Shown: positions 59,211 to 64,000 of the stretch, piece by piece | Layout of the letters: each line of letters opens with the position of its first letter | How positions within the stretch are numbered: the first letter of the stretch is position 1 | Source of the DNA: an uncultured Candidatus Saccharimonas sp. | GTDB taxonomy: Bacteria; Patescibacteriota; Saccharimonadia; Saccharimonadales; OMJO01 | Direction of reading: 5' to 3' | DNA: 64,000 nucleotides | Assembly: GCA_943353165.1 (NCBI GenBank) | Contig: CALRAM010000001.1 | Location: forward strand, 45,483 to 109,482 | The notes under the pieces: model-generated | Database searches by the model: none | The model's input: only the letters and a program-made list of their open reading frames with translations | What the model was told of the DNA's origin: nothing | Translations under genes and position numbers: made by a program

Positions 59211-60149
59211 ATGTCAAAAACTATTAACACACCAGGACTCGTCAGCACAGACGATCACAGCCCTACAAGCGCTACGTTTGTCATCGAACCATTGCACACC
59301 GGTTACGGTATGACTTTGGGAAACAGTTTGCGCCGTGTTCTGTTATCTAGTATTTCAGGAGCCGCTGTTACTGCATTTAAAATAGAAGGCGCTACTCATG
59401 AGTTTACCACTGTAAACGGCATCAAAGAAGACGTCGTAGAAATAATGCTTAACCTAAAAAGTATTTGTTTTCGTATATTTGGAGAAGCAGATTCTCATAC
59501 CCTCAGGATTGTAAAAAAGGGCAAAGGAAAAGTTACTGCCAAAGACATCCAAACTACAGCCGATGTAGAAATCGTTAACCCAGATTTTGTCATAGCAAAC
59601 ATAGAAGACGACAAAGTTTCATTTATTATAGACATTGTAGTAGAGACAGGTCGTGGATACAGAACTATAGAAGAAGTTACCGCCAACAAAGCTAGCGATA
59701 TGATAGCAGTTGACGCAATATTTACTCCAGTACTAAGAGTTCGCTACAAAGTAGAAAACACTCGTGTTGGACGAGTAACTGATCTAGACAAGTTGATGCT
59801 GACTGTCGACACTGACGGCTCTATAACACCCAGAGATGCCTTTGAGGAAGCCGCAGCAATACTAGTAAACCAATACACTGCCCTGGCAGGACAGACTCGA
59901 GTAGAAGTTGCACTACCGTTGACAGCGTCATCCGTTGCTAACGATATAGAAGACGAAAATTCAGAGCTACTGACTAGCATAGAAGACCTAAACCTGACTG
60001 CCCGAACATCTAACGCACTAGTAAACAACGATATCCATACCCTAAAAGATTTATTTGGCCTGAGCGAATCCGAGCTAAAAGAACTAAAAGGTTTTGGTAG
60101 CAAAGCGCTAGATGAAGTTAAAGAGAAGATGGCAGAGCTGGAGCTATAA
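59211..60149 (+). CDS. rpoA: DNA-directed RNA polymerase subunit alpha
   Basis: GYGMTLGNSLRRVLLSSISGAAVTAFKIEGATHEF, with NTD and CTD. Confidence 0.95.
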   Translation: MSKTINTPGLVSTDDHSPTSATFVIEPLHTGYGMTLGNSLRRVLLSSISGAAVTAFKIEGATHEFTTVNGIKEDVVEIMLNLKSICFRIFGEADSHTLRIVKKGKGKVTAKDIQTTADVEIVNPDFVIANIEDDKVSFIIDIVVETGRGYRTIEEVTANKASDMIAVDAIFTPVLRVRYKVENTRVGRVTDLDKLMLTVDTDGSITPRDAFEEAAAILVNQYTALAGQTRVEVALPLTASSVANDIEDENSELLTSIEDLNLTARTSNALVNNDIHTLKDLFGLSESELKELKGFGSKALDEVKEKMAELEL

Positions 60150-60152
60150 AAT

Positions 60153-60626
60153 ATGCATCGTCACGGATACAAAGGTAGAAAATTTCACAGAGAACGCGAC
60201 CAACGCGAAGCGTTGATGGCAGGTCTGGCTGACTCGCTCGTAAAATACGAGTCTATAGAAACTACCCTCATGAAAGCCAAGGAAATAGTACCCTTTTTTG
60301 AAAAGCTAATTACCAAGGCCAAAAAAGGCGATTTGCACAGCAGACGTCAAGTAATCAGCAGCTTACAAACAATCGAAAGTGCACACAAACTTGTTGATGA
60401 AATAGCTCCTAAATTAGCCGGTAGAAATAGTGGACATTTGCGGATAGTTCGTACATCGTTGCGTCGAGGAGACAATACCCAGCTGGCTCGCGTCAGTTTT
60501 GTTGATGATATTTCAGAAAATGCAGAGAAAACTACGCCTAAAATTCCTAAAACCGTAACACCAAAAACAATTTCACCAAAGAAACCCAAGACCACAGCCA
60601 AAGTAGCAAAGAAAGAGACTAAATAA
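60153..60626 (+). CDS. rplQ: 50S ribosomal protein L17 with Lys/Pro/Thr-rich C-terminal extension
   Basis: MHRHGYKGRKFHRERDQREALMAGLA. Confidence 0.9.
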   Translation: MHRHGYKGRKFHRERDQREALMAGLADSLVKYESIETTLMKAKEIVPFFEKLITKAKKGDLHSRRQVISSLQTIESAHKLVDEIAPKLAGRNSGHLRIVRTSLRRGDNTQLARVSFVDDISENAEKTTPKIPKTVTPKTISPKKPKTTAKVAKKETK

Positions 60627-61066
60627 TGAAAACTTATAGCGCAAAAGCTACTGATGTAATCCGTAAATGGTACGTTGTAGACGCCAGCGAAGTTCCACTA
60701 GGACGCTTGGCAACTCAGGTAGCAACCCTTTTGACAGGCAAAGGAAAACCTATGTTTACGCACCACACCGATTGTGGAGATTTTGTCGTAGTCATAAATG
60801 CAGAAAACCTAGTAGTCACAGGCGACAAAATAAACAAAAAAATGTACTACCACCACAGCCATTATCCAGGTGGGCTAAAAGAAGCAAAACTAAGTGAAGT
60901 CATGGCAAAAGACCCCACAAAGCCTATTATCAAGGCTATTCGTGGGATGCTACCAGTAAACAAACTCAGAGACGGCAGACTTCTGCGATTAAAAGTTTAC
61001 GCAGGTATGGATCACAAACATTCAGCACAGACTCCAACAAAATATGATTTAAAGGCAGGGAAATAA
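60626..61066 (+). CDS. rplM: 50S ribosomal protein L13
   Basis: WYVVDASEVPLGRLATQVATLLTGKGKP. Confidence 0.95.
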   Translation: MKTYSAKATDVIRKWYVVDASEVPLGRLATQVATLLTGKGKPMFTHHTDCGDFVVVINAENLVVTGDKINKKMYYHHSHYPGGLKEAKLSEVMAKDPTKPIIKAIRGMLPVNKLRDGRLLRLKVYAGMDHKHSAQTPTKYDLKAGK

Positions 61067-61067
61067 C

Positions 61068-61469
61068 ATGGCAAATCTAAAACACTACTTTTATGCATTG
61101 GGTCGACGCAAAAGCGCGACAGCACGAGTTCGTGTTCTGCCAGGCAAAGGCACTATAACTATCAACGGTATGATTGCCGGTGACTATTTTGCAAACAGCA
61201 AAGCCATGCTACACGAAATAAACAAACCTTTTGTACTGCTAGATATGCAGGGCAAATACGATGTTACTGTGGTTGTCAGCGGTGGTGGACACGCCGGTCA
61301 AGTAGATGCCATCCGACTAGGTATAGCAAAAGCTCTGACAGTTATGGACGAAGACCTAAAGAGCACTCTTCGACGAGCAGATTTATTGGGCAGAGATCCC
61401 CGCGAAAAAGAAAGAAAGAAATTTGGACTCAAAGGAGCCCGAAAACAACGTCAGTTTACAAAACGTTAA
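61068..61469 (+). CDS. rpsI: 30S ribosomal protein S9
   Basis: GRRKSATARVRVLPGKG...GGGHAGQVDAIRLGIAKAL...KFGLKGARKQRQFTKR. Confidence 0.95.
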   Translation: MANLKHYFYALGRRKSATARVRVLPGKGTITINGMIAGDYFANSKAMLHEINKPFVLLDMQGKYDVTVVVSGGGHAGQVDAIRLGIAKALTVMDEDLKSTLRRADLLGRDPREKERKKFGLKGARKQRQFTKR

Positions 61470-61482
61470 TTTCTATTACTTT

Positions 61483-61520
61483 TATACAAAAATCCTGTCA
61501 TATTTTGTCAGGATTTTTGT
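61483..61520 (+). terminator. intrinsic terminator after rpsI
   Basis: AATCCTGTCA-TATTT-TGTCAGGATT followed by TTTGTTT. Confidence 0.5.
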
Positions 61521-61534
61521 TTATCAGTTATAAT
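61505..61534 (+). promoter_or_regulatory. trpS promoter (TTGTCA-18 nt-TATAAT), leaderless-type, -35 embedded in the rpsI terminator
   Basis: The -10 TATAAT ends about 8 nt before the trpS ATG. The -35 TTGTCA lies in the descending arm of the terminator hairpin. Confidence 0.4.
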
Positions 61535-61542
61535 ATAAGTAT

Positions 61543-62574
61543 ATGAACAAAGAAACAATACTGACAGGAATACGTTCCAACGATACGCCACATTTGGGTA
61601 ATTATTTGGGTGCTATACAGCCAATGATCCAATCTGCTATCAAATATTCAAAAACTCACTGCATAAATATGTTTGTTCCAGATTTACACTCGTTTACTAC
61701 ACCTACGGAGTACGACTCTTTGTTTGACAGAACCCTGCAAAACATAAAGTTATATGTTGCGTGTGGGCTACCCATTGAACACGAAAATGTAAATATTTAC
61801 AGACAAAGCTACGTTCCTGCGCATAGCGAAATGGCCTGGATACTTGGCTGTTTTACTGGATTTGGTGAAGCCAATCGAATGGTAGAATTTAAAGACAAGA
61901 GTTCCCAATTGGGCGATGACAGAGTCAGTGTCGGACTATTCAATTATCCCATTTTGATGGCATCAGACATACTGCTCTACGATGCAAAGTGGATTCCTGT
62001 CGGCGAAGATCAGCGCCAGCATTTAGAGCTAACTAGAACACTTGCTCAACGTCTAAATAACCAATTTGGCGAAATATTTACTGTTCCAAATGACACCAAA
62101 TCTCAACAAAAGTTCATAGACAGAGATTCCAGCCTTCGAATCATGTCATTAAAACACCCAGACAAAAAAATGAGCAAATCCATAAATGATCCTGCGGGCA
62201 CTATACTGCTAAACGACATTCCCAGCGATGCAGCCAAAAAAGTTATGGCAGCCACAACTGATTCTGTGGGAGTTATAAACCTAGACTGGGAAAATCAACC
62301 CGGCATCTCAAATCTACTCTGTATATCTGCACTTTTATCAGAAAAACCTATAGAAGAAGTAGCCAAAGCTATGACCGGCAAAACAAATTACGGCGAACTA
62401 AAATCTATTGTCGCCGGGCAAGTCGAAGAATTTCTAACAAATTTACAGACAAAAATGAAAAATTTGGATGATTCTAAAATACTAGGTCATTTGGAAGCAG
62501 GAGAAAAATCTATGAATATAATTGCTAACAAAAAACTTCTACAAATCCAAAAAGCTATTGGCTTGCGAAAATAA
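61543..62574 (+). CDS. trpS: tryptophanyl-tRNA synthetase
   Basis: Class I aaRS: TPHLGNYLG (HIGH-type) and KMSKS present. Confidence 0.9.
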   Translation: MNKETILTGIRSNDTPHLGNYLGAIQPMIQSAIKYSKTHCINMFVPDLHSFTTPTEYDSLFDRTLQNIKLYVACGLPIEHENVNIYRQSYVPAHSEMAWILGCFTGFGEANRMVEFKDKSSQLGDDRVSVGLFNYPILMASDILLYDAKWIPVGEDQRQHLELTRTLAQRLNNQFGEIFTVPNDTKSQQKFIDRDSSLRIMSLKHPDKKMSKSINDPAGTILLNDIPSDAAKKVMAATTDSVGVINLDWENQPGISNLLCISALLSEKPIEEVAKAMTGKTNYGELKSIVAGQVEEFLTNLQTKMKNLDDSKILGHLEAGEKSMNIIANKKLLQIQKAIGLRK

Positions 62575-63464
62575 TGATTGAATTTTTAGCGCTAGAGACA
62601 GATTCTGGCACCAGACTAGATGTCTTTCTGGCAAATAAACTATCTGACTACAGTCGTTCTGTCATAAAAAAACTATGCGATAGTGGCGATGTGTTGGTAA
62701 ACAAAGAACTCCAAAAAACTAAATACAAAGTTCGCAATGGGGACCACATAACAGTCATGATAGACCTAAAATCTTTGCAGGAAATACCAGATATTTCGCT
62801 AGATATTATTTTTGAGGACGCAGACTGTCTAGTCATTAACAAACCAGCGGGTGTTTTGACTCATAGCAAAGGCGCATTTAACCCAGAAGGTACTGTAGCC
62901 ACATTCATCCACTCCAAAACAGAGCGTATGGGAGGCGACAGGAGCGGTATTGTTCACAGATTGGATAGGGCAACCTCAGGCGTCATCATATGTGCCAAAA
63001 ACCCAGAAACACTTGCCTGGTTCCAAAAACAGTTCAGCCAGAGAAAAGTCAAAAAAACTTATTACGCAGTCGTCCTAGGACACATGAATCCACAGGAAGC
63101 TGTCATAGATATTCCCATAGAACGTCATCCCAGAAATCCCAAAACATTCCGAGCCAGTCCTTCGGGCAAAACAGCTCAAACGCACTACAAGGTAGTGGGT
63201 ACATCGGCTGATTATCAGCTTTTGGAACTAAAGCCAACCACAGGTCGAACTCACCAGTTACGTGTCCACCTAAAGTACCTAAAACACCCTATATTGGGCG
63301 ACACAATTTATGGCGGACAAAGTGCAGACAGAATGTACTTGCACGCTAGCGAACTAGAGCTAACATTGCCAAACAAACAGAGGAAAACTTTTCATGTTGA
63401 CGTTCCAGAAAGTTTTCAGGCTATAATTGACAACAATGGAACTCCTACTTCACCCGCAAACTAG
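62574..63464 (+). CDS. rluD: RluA-family 23S rRNA pseudouridine synthase (RluD-like, N-terminal S4 domain)
   Basis: HRLDRATSGVIICAKN catalytic Asp motif; N-terminal S4-like domain. Confidence 0.85.
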   Translation: MIEFLALETDSGTRLDVFLANKLSDYSRSVIKKLCDSGDVLVNKELQKTKYKVRNGDHITVMIDLKSLQEIPDISLDIIFEDADCLVINKPAGVLTHSKGAFNPEGTVATFIHSKTERMGGDRSGIVHRLDRATSGVIICAKNPETLAWFQKQFSQRKVKKTYYAVVLGHMNPQEAVIDIPIERHPRNPKTFRASPSGKTAQTHYKVVGTSADYQLLELKPTTGRTHQLRVHLKYLKHPILGDTIYGGQSADRMYLHASELELTLPNKQRKTFHVDVPESFQAIIDNNGTPTSPAN

Positions 63465-64000
63465 ATCGTCATACACCAGAGCTCTAGGTGGTAATGGGCA
63501 GGCATGGTTAGTTCTAGGACCACTAAATAGCGGAAAGAGAACCGTCGGGCTATCATTTATATCTGATTTGCTGGGTAGTGACGTCGACCAAATCCAAGAT
63601 AACCCATATTTTATGCATATAGTAGATGTTAAGGATACCATCGGCATAGAAGAGATCAGAAACATACATACTTTCTTGCAGCTCAAAACAGTCGGATTAT
63701 CAAAAACCTTTAACAGAGCTATATTGATAGAAAACATACATTTTATGACCATACCAGCCCAAAACGCACTACTGAAAACGCTAGAAGAGCCACCATTTGG
63801 CACAGCTATTGTGCTGACAGGCATCCGATCAAACAACATATTGGCTACTATCTATTCCAGGACCAAACATATAAATATTTTCAACCCAAACCACAAAGAT
63901 TCTGCAGAATATTTTGACAAAACTTTCGACGAGGATTTTGATAAAACCTACAATATTTCCGGTGGTTCAGTAGGTTTGATGGCGGATTTAATAAATCAAG
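63436..64000 (+). CDS. holB: DNA polymerase III delta' subunit, N-terminal part (3' end outside window)
   Basis: Hand-translated frame: MELLLHPQTRSSYTRALGGNGQAWLVLGPLNSGKRTVGLS...IPAQNALLKTLEEPPFGTAIVLT. P-loop-like GPLNSGK and the LKTLEEPP motif. Overlaps the rluD end by about 29 nt. Confidence 0.75.
   Translation, partial: MELLLHPQTRSSYTRALGGNGQAWLVLGPLNSGKRTVGLSFISDLLGSDVDQIQDNPYFMHIVDVKDTIGIEEIRNIHTFLQLKTVGLSKTFNRAILIENIHFMTIPAQNALLKTLEEPPFGTAIVLTGIRSNNILATIYSRTKHINIFNPNHKDSAEYFDKTFDEDFDKTYNISGGSVGLMADLINQ

Noticed and set aside
63450-63839. 129-aa ORF on the - strand
   Set aside because: Entirely antisense to a well-supported + strand holB (delta') reading frame with P-loop-like and LKTLEEPP motifs.
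1-64000. Alternative genetic code (UGA as sense codon, code 25 of Gracilibacteria/SR1)
   Set aside because: All large conserved genes (rpoB, rpoC, dnaE, fusA, PBP) are intact under the standard code. Stop codons include TGA at expected gene ends (e.g. tig).

Overview
This is an AT-rich bacterial chromosomal window, about 64 kb, that uses the standard genetic code: long housekeeping ORFs are intact, stops are TAA/TGA/TAG, and there is no sign of UGA recoding. Gene content and order look like a reduced-genome, CPR/Patescibacteria-like organism (inference).

The window holds a dense run of core genes. From the left edge these are a galU 3' fragment, a DUF948/YtxH pair, dnaE, a CAP-domain protein, a SpoU methyltransferase, a PilB/GspE ATPase, malic enzyme, rplS, yraN, pepN and nusA. 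Then follow clpC, a novel HExxH protein, radA, a class A PBP, tyrS, a SAM methyltransferase, recG, a hypothetical protein, rsmD, a LOG-family gene, hisS, tig and clpP. A single uninterrupted + strand block then runs rpoB-rpoC-rpsL-rpsG-fusA-tuf-rpsJ-rplC...rplO-secY-infA-rpmJ-rpsM-rpsK-rpsD-rpoA-rplQ-rplM-rpsI. This block has no rpmD (L30), adk or map and is not preceded by rplKAJL. It is followed by trpS, rluD and the start of holB.

The stand-out region is 27.79-28.65 kb, with an outlier copy at 29.40-29.53 kb. An intact tRNA-Leu(TAG) sits in an ORF-free, locally GC-rich cluster of tRNA-Leu 5' and 3' fragments. These fragments are interleaved with five copies of a conserved repeat of roughly 100-180 nt that folds into three hairpins. 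The repeat core is GCGTGAAGG-GAGAGCCGCCTGTGGCGGGTTGCAAGG, and compensatory base changes are visible between copies. Two units have their own intrinsic terminators, and the LOG-family gene is bracketed by repeat copies. This looks like an undescribed tRNA-derived structured-RNA or miniature-element family.

Secondary themes are a recurring leaderless-mRNA promoter geometry (a TATAAT box 7-9 nt before the ATG, no SD) at five or more genes, a novel membrane HExxH protein inserted in the conserved clpC-radA synteny, and a PBP1A with a large Ser/Thr/Cys-rich C-terminal extension. The r-protein operon also carries Lys/Ala-rich terminal extensions on several proteins and a small membrane ORF inserted between rpsJ and rplC.

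Coordinates for hand-located small motifs may be off by about 1 nt.
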